Assembly: GCA_965215015.1 (NCBI GenBank)
Contig: OZ244042.1
Location: 416,001 to 480,000 of the forward strand
DNA from: Candidatus Poribacteria bacterium
Lineage (GTDB): Bacteria; Poribacteria; WGA-4E; PCPOR2b
Length of the DNA: 64,000 nt
Reading direction: 5' to 3'
Shown here piece after piece: positions 29,545 to 38,038 of this stretch; positions within the stretch are counted from its first letter, which is position 1, and each line of letters starts with the position of its first letter. The notes below the pieces were generated by a model. That model was not told where the DNA came from, did not search any database, and saw nothing but the letters and a program-made list of their open reading frames with translations. A program made the translations under genes and the position numbers.

Positions 29545-31945
29545 TTCTCCCGTCCTTTTCTATTATAACTGTTCTTTGCCATGTGTTGAATATAAACTTC
29601 ACGCGCTCTCCCGGCTGGCAGTTCAGCAGTTCAAAGTTTTTTTTCAAACGTCGAAACTCATTTTTAACTGCATATAGTTCACCTGCCTCCTCACCAGCCA
29701 CATAGCAGGGCCAGTTACCGCTTAAATGCCTAAACTCTTCGCAAGAAATTGTGCCTGAGCCCACAGCAATTGCGCTAAGGGTGACACTCACTATAATGTT
29801 TCCGTTCGTGTCGTACTCAATCTCCGGACAAAGGGACTGTCGTTCTCCAGCAGTTTTGGCACGTTCTATATCCTGGTAGGTTATTTCTCCTCCACGCAGC
29901 TTATATAAACCTGACTGTACTTTATCAAACAAGGGAGAAGAATTTAGGGTTTTGTGTAAGGTAGGCAAAGATAGTTCACTTTCTATAAAGGCGTGAACTA
30001 ATTCGGAATGATGCAGCACCGGTCCAATTTGCTCTAAACAATTCATTATGATGGTTTCGCCTTGATTTAGATTCTCATCGTAGTCACCAGCCCAATAGTA
30101 TAATTCATCGTCAGACTGGTAGCCTCCAATCCTAAGTATCTCAGCCATCACATCGGGAGGAGGCACAGGAAACACCGATCCATCAGTACCCTTGCCTGCT
30201 AGGTATGCTGGTACAGAGGATCCTGACCTTGATATCCCGTATCTTATACCAGCACAGAGGTCATCAATACCCAATCGCCCACAGTACTGAAACATCTGGC
30301 GCAGACAACGATGGAAAACGTCGCTATATGAGATTTGGTGGGGAGCAAACCAATCTTTGGAAAGTACTCTGTATCCTAGCCCCTGCAATATGTCTTTCAT
30401 CTCTTCTAGCTTTCTGTCGCTTTCTTGTGAAAGCCATTTAACGTGTACGCCGCCGGAAAACTTTGTATGCCGGTTAATGAGTCTGTTGACTTCATCAGGT
30501 AGAATATCACGTGCATATAGGATTCTCGCAGGGATATTTGGTGTGCCTGAAGCTGCAAGTTGTACGGCATACTGTAAATTCTCAGGCATTTGCAGCCAAT
30601 GAATTTTACAGTCACCCAGCAGCTTGCAGATTGCAATCATAGTTTCAACTGCATCCATACCAACAAAATCTCGTGATGTCCAATCACCAACAAGGCCTGA
30701 TGACAGAATACGCTGTGCCCATTGCTCATAGGTAATATCGAGACCCAAATCTCCCGCGATGAGGAGAGCGGATTGCATTCTATGCAAAGCGGGTTTAGCT
30801 TTCAGGTTCCCGATGGAGGTAGCCTTGTTCTTAAGTTCACCACGTACTTGCCTCACTCTTTCACGTGAAATACCTAGCTCCTCTCCAGTCTGTCTTAGGT
30901 TTTTAGGTTTCAAGCCATACGTGGAAAGCAAAACAGTCGTACGATACTGTCCAGGAATCTGGTTGAGTAAAAATTCAATCTCTTCACAGATGTTCAATGA
31001 GGAACCCAAAATGGTTGCTAAAACCTCATATACATGGTTGTTCTCTATCGTTTCAGCCTCTACAAGCCAGTCTTTTATGAGTTTTTCTGCAACAATCGCC
31101 TCCTTGTGGAGCAATCCCCTTGATAGCTGCTTCTTGATTAATTCTGATGGCCATCTGACAGCTACCCATGGGATTACATCTGTATTCACTTCAACTTCAG
31201 AATCATTGAGGAATTTCGCTTGATTCAACTTCTCTTTTATTTCTAAGATAGATTTTCTGCCAAGCCCACGGATAGTTTTGAGCCTATCTGATTTAATTCG
31301 CTGTATAACTTCTCCAACCGTTTGGATACCCTCGCGTGTAAGAGCATTGAAAGAACGATTCCTCAATTGTAATTGCTCAATGGAATCTTCCTGTGAAAGA
31401 TAGATGTCACTTTGATCTAGCATTGTGTCTATATTCGCGTCCCCCTCAGAGCTAGTTGGAGGCTCACCCGATTCGACATGTTGCTCAATCTCTTTAACCG
31501 TCTGATTCTCTGTGTGTAGCTTGGGAGGTGTGAAATCTTCTCGTGGAAAGGGAACATCATTCTGGTCTGGTATCGCGTTTGTATTTGCTTCAATCTCAGA
31601 ATTATCAACGATTTCCAATTGAGCCAACTTAACTTTTATTTCTAAGATAGATGCACTTCTAAGACCGTGAATAGCTCGAAGCTCGCCCGATTCAACTAGT
31701 TTTAATACTCCTCCAATTGTCTGAACACCTATGCCTGTGAGTGAGTTAAAAGAATATTTCGTTAAGTTTAGTTTCTCAATGGAATCTCGCTGTGAGAGAT
31801 AGGGGGTGATCTGCTGTTTGGTTGTTACCAGTTGTTCCGGCATGTCAACCGTTATCTGATTCGACATCTTGTCCGAATCTGCCACTTCATCCAATGCAGC
31901 CACATTGGTCTTAAAGATGGTGGATATACGCTTAAAAAATCCCAT
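29531..31945 (-). CDS. Multidomain protein: PspA-like N-terminus, two RNAP alpha-CTD repeats, sigma-70 region-4 HTH, C-terminal wHTH-like region
   Basis: SIEKLNLTKYSFNSL...SILEIK and SIEQLQLRNRSFNALTREGIQTVGE...IRGLGRKSILEIKEKL (alpha-CTD); NLRQTGEELGISRERVRQV (sigma-4); MGFFKRISTIFKTNV (PspA-like); AGGAGG RBS. Confidence 0.8.
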   Translation of the reverse strand: MGFFKRISTIFKTNVAALDEVADSDKMSNQITVDMPEQLVTTKQQITPYLSQRDSIEKLNLTKYSFNSLTGIGVQTIGGVLKLVESGELRAIHGLRSASILEIKVKLAQLEIVDNSEIEANTNAIPDQNDVPFPREDFTPPKLHTENQTVKEIEQHVESGEPPTSSEGDANIDTMLDQSDIYLSQEDSIEQLQLRNRSFNALTREGIQTVGEVIQRIKSDRLKTIRGLGRKSILEIKEKLNQAKFLNDSEVEVNTDVIPWVAVRWPSELIKKQLSRGLLHKEAIVAEKLIKDWLVEAETIENNHVYEVLATILGSSLNICEEIEFLLNQIPGQYRTTVLLSTYGLKPKNLRQTGEELGISRERVRQVRGELKNKATSIGNLKAKPALHRMQSALLIAGDLGLDITYEQWAQRILSSGLVGDWTSRDFVGMDAVETMIAICKLLGDCKIHWLQMPENLQYAVQLAASGTPNIPARILYARDILPDEVNRLINRHTKFSGGVHVKWLSQESDRKLEEMKDILQGLGYRVLSKDWFAPHQISYSDVFHRCLRQMFQYCGRLGIDDLCAGIRYGISRSGSSVPAYLAGKGTDGSVFPVPPPDVMAEILRIGGYQSDDELYYWAGDYDENLNQGETIIMNCLEQIGPVLHHSELVHAFIESELSLPTLHKTLNSSPLFDKVQSGLYKLRGGEITYQDIERAKTAGERQSLCPEIEYDTNGNIIVSVTLSAIAVGSGTISCEEFRHLSGNWPCYVAGEEAGELYAVKNEFRRLKKNFELLNCQPGERVKFIFNTWQRTVIIEKDGRNAKG

Positions 31946-32070
31946 ACTACGCCTCCTGTAACAGTGAACGTTTTATCGAATTTGATACACTTTTTGATGT
32001 GAATGTATCGACTAAGTTCAATTTCCTCAAACTCAAGTTTTTTAATTCCACTATATCTTGAAGATATATG

Positions 32071-32265
32071 TCATAGGTTCGTGAGATACTCTACCTCTTT
32101 CTTCAATATAAGGTTTCAGGCGCGGTTTAACAGACTTAGCTGTTCCGTTCACGTGCGATCCGAACAGTCCAATCTGCTTGAACCCTATTTCCTCAGTGTC
32201 TCCCGGTTGTCCGCAAGTGTCTGTTTGACACAGTGCCTGCTGAGAACTGCTTGGTTTTCCGACGT
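32071..32265 (-). pseudogene. Decayed minimal nucleotidyltransferase (MNT antitoxin) gene
   Basis: After GGAGG: (ACG)SENQAVLSRHCVKQTLADNRETLRK*G / KQIGLFGSHVNGTA / KSVKPRLKPYIE / KEVEYLTNL*. GLFGS motif kept; DxD core deleted; mutated start, internal stop and frameshifts. Confidence 0.7.
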
Positions 32266-32325
32266 AAAACCCTCCGAGCTTTTGCACAAATGATGTTTTT
32301 CCCGGTGTAGGTGACAACTTGCGTT

Positions 32326-32354
32326 ATTATACATCTTTTTATGTCGTTTATCAA
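32326..32354 (-). promoter_or_regulatory. Putative sigma-70 promoter facing the MNT remnant and alpha-CTD operon
   Basis: Minus strand TTGATA-17 nt-TATAAT; a divergent TATAAT on + at 32368-32373. Confidence 0.55.
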
Positions 32355-32450
32355 ACCCATGCTGTAGTATAATTACGCCACGGTTAAATAGGAAAATTCG
32401 CAAACAACAAATTGTCCTAGAAAATCCATAGAGGAAAAAGGAGGATAACC

Positions 32451-33245
32451 ATGCGCGTTGAACTTCTAGCCATTGATTGCCAAAATGACTTCTGCGATCC
32501 GGGTGGCGCACTGTACGTGCCGGGCGCAGAAAACGATATGACCCGCTTGGCAGCGTTTATTGCTCGGATCAGTAGTCATCTACACAATATGCACTTCACG
32601 CTTGACACTCACCACACGGTTGATGTCGGGCATCCGATATTTTGGAAAAATAGTGCCGGTGAGTCGCCGGAACCATTTACCACCATCACGCATGAGGATA
32701 TCAAAGCTGGAAACTGGCTACCGTTCGATCCAGCGTTTACCCAACGGATGCTGGATTACACGCGGCTGTTGGAAGAAAATAATCGGTATCAACTGACGAT
32801 CTGGCCCATACACTGCCGGATCGCAACGTGGGGGAGCGCGCTCTATCCTTCTGTAGATCAGGCGGTACGGGATTGGGAGGCAACCCAATTAGGGGTTGTT
32901 GATTTCGTAACGAAGGGATCAAATATCTTCACCGAACACTACAGCGCGGTGAAGGCAGATGTCCCGGATCCGGAAGACCCCACCACGCAGCTCAATACCG
33001 ACCTAATCCAGACACTGGAACAGTGCGATCAGGTGATTATCGTCGGTGAAGCGTTATCCCACTGCGTTGCAAGCACGGTGCGTGATGTTGCTTCCGAATT
33101 TGGGGATGAGGGGGCAAAGAAGTTAGTTATCCTTGAGGATTGTTCGTCGAATGTTCCCGGCTTTGAATCACTCGGCGATGCGTTCCTGCACGATATATCA
33201 CAACTCGGGGTGACGATTACCAACAGTGTAGACTTCATGCGGTGA
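32451..33245 (+). CDS. Nicotinamidase/isochorismatase-family cysteine hydrolase
   Basis: IDCQNDFC, TLDTH, IWPIHC, KGSN, GEALSHCV (Asp-Lys-Cys triad); AGGAGG RBS. Confidence 0.88.
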   Translation: MRVELLAIDCQNDFCDPGGALYVPGAENDMTRLAAFIARISSHLHNMHFTLDTHHTVDVGHPIFWKNSAGESPEPFTTITHEDIKAGNWLPFDPAFTQRMLDYTRLLEENNRYQLTIWPIHCRIATWGSALYPSVDQAVRDWEATQLGVVDFVTKGSNIFTEHYSAVKADVPDPEDPTTQLNTDLIQTLEQCDQVIIVGEALSHCVASTVRDVASEFGDEGAKKLVILEDCSSNVPGFESLGDAFLHDISQLGVTITNSVDFMR

Positions 33246-33313
33246 ATCGTAGGGAAGATTGGCGAAACCCCCTTGCGAAAAAAACGTTTCTAAAGAGCGG
33301 GAGGGTATTGATA

Positions 33314-33436
33314 ATGAAACCGAAACGCAAACCCAAGACGTTAGCAGGAACTGTCGTCCAAAACCTGACGCGGAAAAAGCAAATTGAAGCAATGCGGAAG
33401 CAGCTGTTAAAGGGTGCGCGAAAGAGTCAAAATTAA
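33314..33436 (+). CDS. Possible small basic protein (40 aa)
   Basis: GGGAGG RBS then MKPKRKPKTLAGTVVQNLTRKKQIEAMRKQLLKGARKSQN*. Confidence 0.35.
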   Translation: MKPKRKPKTLAGTVVQNLTRKKQIEAMRKQLLKGARKSQN

Positions 33437-33461
33437 AAAAAAGGGCACCTGATTACTTCCA

Positions 33462-34865
33462 TCACGCTCTGACAGCGTCACAATACTGCCGCAGATTCTC
33501 CTTGCCAAGTTTCTCATAAACCGCTTCTCGCAGCCGGTGTTGTTCCAACCCTAAATCTTCCTTCAGTAACCGCTCGACCTCTTCCGCCTTTCGGGGTTGA
33601 AGTGGCAACGATGCCGCATTCAACTGGCGCAGAACGAGCCGTGCACCGAGTGCCGCTGCCTCTCGGATAGACATCGCATTGGTCTTATCCACCGTGTCAA
33701 ATGCCGTATGTCCAAATCCTCTGCCGGGCGGGCGCCCAACCGTTGTCATGCTGCCAGTCGGAATACCCTTGAGAAAATAGGGATAGTGATCCGAGTAGCA
33801 ACTGATACCCTGTCCAACGGAGATGTCCTGCCCCATCTCTTCGGCTGCGTTTTCAATGAAAGACTCAAAATCAGGCAACCGGTGAAGCTGAATCCCTTTT
33901 CGCCCACCGGGGTTACCCGCAGAGTCCAAGTTCCAAACAAAGCGGACGGGCGTGGGATTATCGCCTAACTGCTGGGCATGATGATATGCGCCAAATAACC
34001 CCACTTCCTCATTGCTCCAAGCAATAAATTGCACACTACGAGCCAATCCGTCTCCCGCATAAGCCGACAGCACACGCGCCATCTCGGGGACGACCACCAA
34101 CCCACTGAGTGGGTCATTGGCACCCTGCGTGATGTCGTGTCCATCGTAGTGACACCCAACAATAATGACCTCGTCGGGTTGCGTTTTGCCTCGGAGTTCC
34201 CCTACGATGTTCCACGCCGTTGTCCGGCGGTACGCATCGGTGGTCTTAATTCTTACACGCACCACCCCGTTTTGCCGAGACAGGCGGTGAAGAAACTCGC
34301 CGGTTTCATAGGAGATCCCGATACCGGGGATAACCGCTTCGTGGTTCCAGCCAATGGTGCCGGTGACCTCGCCATAGCCGGGGTAGTGATTCTGAAAGAT
34401 GAATCCCTTAGAGTCGTATAGGATGGCGCGGTCATACTTCTCCATACGATGGATGCCACCGCTCCGAGAAATGACAATATTGTCTGCAAGATGGTTTCCC
34501 TCTTTTTCAAAATCTTTCTCTACCCCTTCATCAACGAAAACGAGGACCCCCTCCACCTCTGCAGCCGGACAGTAAGGCAGCGAGATGCACGACACTTCGC
34601 GTACTATGGGGCTGAGAACCTCCAAGGTCGCTGCCCCACGATACCACCCATCGTAGTCGTAAGCGTCTTTATGAACATTAGCCAGCCCATACGCAGCAAA
34701 TTTCTCTTCTATCAGATCCGCGGCGAGGGAGGCACCCTCCGTTCCACCGAATCGCGATCCAAAATCGTCACAGAGTGTTGTCAGCAACGCCATCGGTTCA
34801 GTTGAGGTGTATATATCCCCGACGATTTTCTGATCTAGTTGAAGATAAGGATTGATCGTTGGCAT
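33462..34865 (-). CDS. M28-family metallopeptidase with PA domain
   Basis: GCHYDGHD, GANDPLSG, NEEVGLFG, NLD, SDHYPY, HTAFDT. Confidence 0.88.
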   Translation of the reverse strand: MPTINPYLQLDQKIVGDIYTSTEPMALLTTLCDDFGSRFGGTEGASLAADLIEEKFAAYGLANVHKDAYDYDGWYRGAATLEVLSPIVREVSCISLPYCPAAEVEGVLVFVDEGVEKDFEKEGNHLADNIVISRSGGIHRMEKYDRAILYDSKGFIFQNHYPGYGEVTGTIGWNHEAVIPGIGISYETGEFLHRLSRQNGVVRVRIKTTDAYRRTTAWNIVGELRGKTQPDEVIIVGCHYDGHDITQGANDPLSGLVVVPEMARVLSAYAGDGLARSVQFIAWSNEEVGLFGAYHHAQQLGDNPTPVRFVWNLDSAGNPGGRKGIQLHRLPDFESFIENAAEEMGQDISVGQGISCYSDHYPYFLKGIPTGSMTTVGRPPGRGFGHTAFDTVDKTNAMSIREAAALGARLVLRQLNAASLPLQPRKAEEVERLLKEDLGLEQHRLREAVYEKLGKENLRQYCDAVRA

Positions 34866-34976
34866 GTTGTCTTTTCTCCTTCCAACCTCACTGGATTTTG
34901 GGAGGTTACCAAGAGATGAGTTTTCTGCTCACGCCTTTGCGCCCTTGCGTTAAATTCCGCCCGTTCTCTCAGTTTA

Positions 34977-35744
34977 TCAATTCACCTCTGGCATTCCTTC
35001 TACCTCGTGGGACGTATCCCGCTGCATCGTCGGTCTGATGACCACCGAAGGGAGATTAGTCCGTTGTGGTAGACTAGCCATGAGACAGATCGTTGCCGAA
35101 GTTTCGTCGACATCTACCATCTCAGGGCGTGTCTCATCGGGAGGGGGAATGGGACGCTTATCGAGAATAGGTGTGTCAACCTCGCCGGGAATGATGACGC
35201 TTGCCCGAATGCCGGTGTTCCGAAGATCGACATTGAGAAATTCGGTGAAATTGATGACAGCTGCCTTGGCAGGACCATACGCTAACCCGCTAAAAGGTCC
35301 GGGGGTTACGCCAGCTAGGGATGAAACGTTGATAATAGTGCCCTGCTTTGCCTCTAGCATGGCGGGAACTACCGCCTGTGCACAGTAAATTGTACCAATC
35401 AGGTTAGAATCGAAGACGCTGCGAATCTCCTCCGGCGTGATGGTTAGCAGCCTCCGATTTTTAGAACTATGACCAGCGTTATTCACCAGCACATCAATGC
35501 GGCCAAATGTGTCGAGCACAGCCTTTGCCATCTGACGAACGGCATCGCGATCAGCGACATCCAATGAGATGGCTACGGCTGTGCCGCCGTCGGCGATAAT
35601 CTCGTCTCTGACCGTCTCGACCTTGGCCGCTGTCCTACCGACCAGCACGACCTTGGCGCCTTGCTGTGCCATCATTATCCCCGCGCCGCGCCCGATGCCG
35701 CTACCGCCGCCGGTGATGATACAAACTTTATCTTGTAAACTCAT
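34977..35744 (-). CDS. Short-chain dehydrogenase/reductase
   Basis: TGGGSGIG, NNAG, VSS, YGPAK (YxxxK), PGEVDT. Confidence 0.92.
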   Translation of the reverse strand: MSLQDKVCIITGGGSGIGRGAGIMMAQQGAKVVLVGRTAAKVETVRDEIIADGGTAVAISLDVADRDAVRQMAKAVLDTFGRIDVLVNNAGHSSKNRRLLTITPEEIRSVFDSNLIGTIYCAQAVVPAMLEAKQGTIINVSSLAGVTPGPFSGLAYGPAKAAVINFTEFLNVDLRNTGIRASVIIPGEVDTPILDKRPIPPPDETRPEMVDVDETSATICLMASLPQRTNLPSVVIRPTMQRDTSHEVEGMPEVN

Positions 35745-35915
35745 CTGTCCCCCCATGAGTGATTAAATAGTTAGAAGTATTGGCTGTTCAATCATGTCCC
35801 TATCAATCTAATGAAACGTAAAATATAAAACGTGGACTTATGTTAAAAAATCGTGCGAAGAGAGACCGAGTTTTCAAAAAACCCCGGTTTATCTTCGCAA
35901 CAGAAGGGTTGCCTC

Positions 35916-38003
35916 TTACTTGTCTATCCCTAACAAATCGAAGATAAACGCATACTCAAAAGCGATCTCCCTTAGGTAGTCATACCGTCCCGAAGGGCCC
36001 CCATGGCCCGCACCCATCTCAGTTTTGAGAAGCAGCCGATTACCCCCCGTTTTCAAGGCACGTAGCTTTGCTGTCCATTTGGCAGGCTCCCAATAATGTA
36101 CCCGCGGGTCGTTAAGTCCCGCTGTCACCAATATATGTGGGTATTCTTTCGCATCAATATTGTCGTAGGGGGAGTACGATTTGATGTAATCGTAAAACAC
36201 TTTCTCGTTGGGGTTGCCCCATTCGTCATATTCGATGACCGTCAGGGGGATAGATGCGTCGAGCATAGTGTTGACCACATCAACGAAAGGCACCTTTGCG
36301 ATGACAATCTCAAAAAGTTCCGGACGCATATTTGTGACTGCGCCCATAAGCAGTCCGCCCGCGCTGCCGCCTTGAATAACTAGTTTGTTGCTTGCAGTAT
36401 ATTTTTCAGTGATTAAGTGCTCGGCACAGGCAATGAAATCAGTGAAGGTGTTCCTTTTGTGGAGGAGTTTGCCATTCTCATACCACGCTCGTCCCATCTC
36501 TTCGCCGCCCCGAATGTGGGCGATGGCGTATCTGAACCCTCGATCTAACAAACTCAATCGGTTTGATGAAAAATAGGCTTCGCTGTTGATGCCGTAGGAG
36601 CCGTATCCGTATAAAAGCAGCGGATTTTTCCCGTCTTTGACCAGCCCTTTTTTATATACTAGCGAGATTGGAATGGTGGTGCCATCAGTCGCTTTGGCAA
36701 AAATTCGTTCCGATTCGTAAAGGGAGGAGTTATATCCACCGAGAACTTCGTCCTGCTTTTTCAATTCGCGGGTTCTAGTATCCATTTCGTAGTCAAAGAC
36801 CGACATCGGGGTAACGAGTGAGGCGTAGTTGAAACGAAGGATATTCGTGTTGAACTCCGGATTCCTTCCCGGCCGAACCGTATAGACCGGTTCAGGAAAA
36901 TCCACCGGATGCGTTTTGCCTGTGGTGAGGTTCCGAACATGAATTTTTTGGAGTCCATCTTCCCGTTCAGAAATAACCAACTGATTCTGAAAGGCACTGA
37001 CGCCATCCAGCTTTACCGCTTCCCGATGGGGTATCATTTCCTCCCAATTCGCCCTCGACGGATTATTGGTGGACGCGCGCATCAACTTGAAATTCACTGC
37101 ATCCGCGTTAGTAACAATGAAGAACTGATCGCCGTGATGCTCAACGGAATATTCCAACTCCGGCTGGCGTGGCGAAATGACTTTGAAATCGCCTGTAGGT
37201 TGATCTGCTTCCAAATAGTGAACTTCAGAAGTATTGATATTCTCCAACTCCATCAGCAGGTAAGCCTCGCTTCTCGTCTTGGAAACGTCTAGGAAAAACG
37301 ACTCATCCGGCTCATGATAGATAAGAACATCCACTGTCGGATCGCTGCCGAGTTGGTGCCTGTAAAGTTTATGGGGACGTTTTGCCGCATCCAGTGTGGT
37401 GTAAAAGAGGGTCTGATTATCGTTCGCCCACTCAACACTGTAGTAGGTGTTTGGAATTTGATCTGATAACAGTTGACCGGTATTCAGATCTTTGATATGC
37501 AGGGTATAACTTTCTCCGCCAGTCGTATCGATAGAATACGCCAAAAGTTGATGGTTTGGACTGATTTTATAGACGCCTATCTCCAGATATTCATGCCCTT
37601 CGGCAAGGACATTCTGATTTAGAAGTATCTCCTCCTCCCCCTCCAAATTTCCCTTTTTTCGGCAATGGATTGGATACTGTTTCCCCTCCTCGGTGCGGGT
37701 ATAATAATAGTAATCACCCATCTTTTCGGGAACGGAGAGGTCGGTTTCTTTAATTCTTCCCAAAAGCTCTTGATACAGCTGTTCTTGAAAGTCTTCAGTA
37801 TGCTGCATCATTGCTTCGGTATATCTATTCTCCGCTTCAAGGTATTCGATGACTTCCGGGTCCGATTTTTCTCTAAGCCAAAAATAGTTATCAACACGTT
37901 CTTCACCGTGCACTGTGTCTACTTTTGGGGCGGGTTTTGCAACGGGGGGGGTTCGCGATGCAATTGGGGCAGCAGTGGCTAACCAATAAATAATCGGTAA
38001 CAT
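35916..38003 (-). CDS. ptrB: Oligopeptidase B (protease II, S9A)
   Basis: DNYFWLR, YGYGSYG, HIRGGEEMGRAWY, GGSAGGLLMG, NDPRVHYWEPAKW, AGHGG. Confidence 0.93.
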   Translation of the reverse strand: MLPIIYWLATAAPIASRTPPVAKPAPKVDTVHGEERVDNYFWLREKSDPEVIEYLEAENRYTEAMMQHTEDFQEQLYQELLGRIKETDLSVPEKMGDYYYYTRTEEGKQYPIHCRKKGNLEGEEEILLNQNVLAEGHEYLEIGVYKISPNHQLLAYSIDTTGGESYTLHIKDLNTGQLLSDQIPNTYYSVEWANDNQTLFYTTLDAAKRPHKLYRHQLGSDPTVDVLIYHEPDESFFLDVSKTRSEAYLLMELENINTSEVHYLEADQPTGDFKVISPRQPELEYSVEHHGDQFFIVTNADAVNFKLMRASTNNPSRANWEEMIPHREAVKLDGVSAFQNQLVISEREDGLQKIHVRNLTTGKTHPVDFPEPVYTVRPGRNPEFNTNILRFNYASLVTPMSVFDYEMDTRTRELKKQDEVLGGYNSSLYESERIFAKATDGTTIPISLVYKKGLVKDGKNPLLLYGYGSYGINSEAYFSSNRLSLLDRGFRYAIAHIRGGEEMGRAWYENGKLLHKRNTFTDFIACAEHLITEKYTASNKLVIQGGSAGGLLMGAVTNMRPELFEIVIAKVPFVDVVNTMLDASIPLTVIEYDEWGNPNEKVFYDYIKSYSPYDNIDAKEYPHILVTAGLNDPRVHYWEPAKWTAKLRALKTGGNRLLLKTEMGAGHGGPSGRYDYLREIAFEYAFIFDLLGIDK

Positions 38004-38038
38004 CTGACGCGTATCTCCTTGTGTTCATTGGATGGGGT

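Noticed and set aside
29531-31945. Calling this gene rpoA or a sigma factor
   Set aside because: No alpha N-terminal domain and no sigma region 2; only isolated CTD and region-4 modules.
22131-33245. Prs plus nicotinamidase as an NAD-reconstitution (NARP-like) module
   Set aside because: The genes are ~9 kb apart in different transcription units and no Nampt/Namat partner is present.
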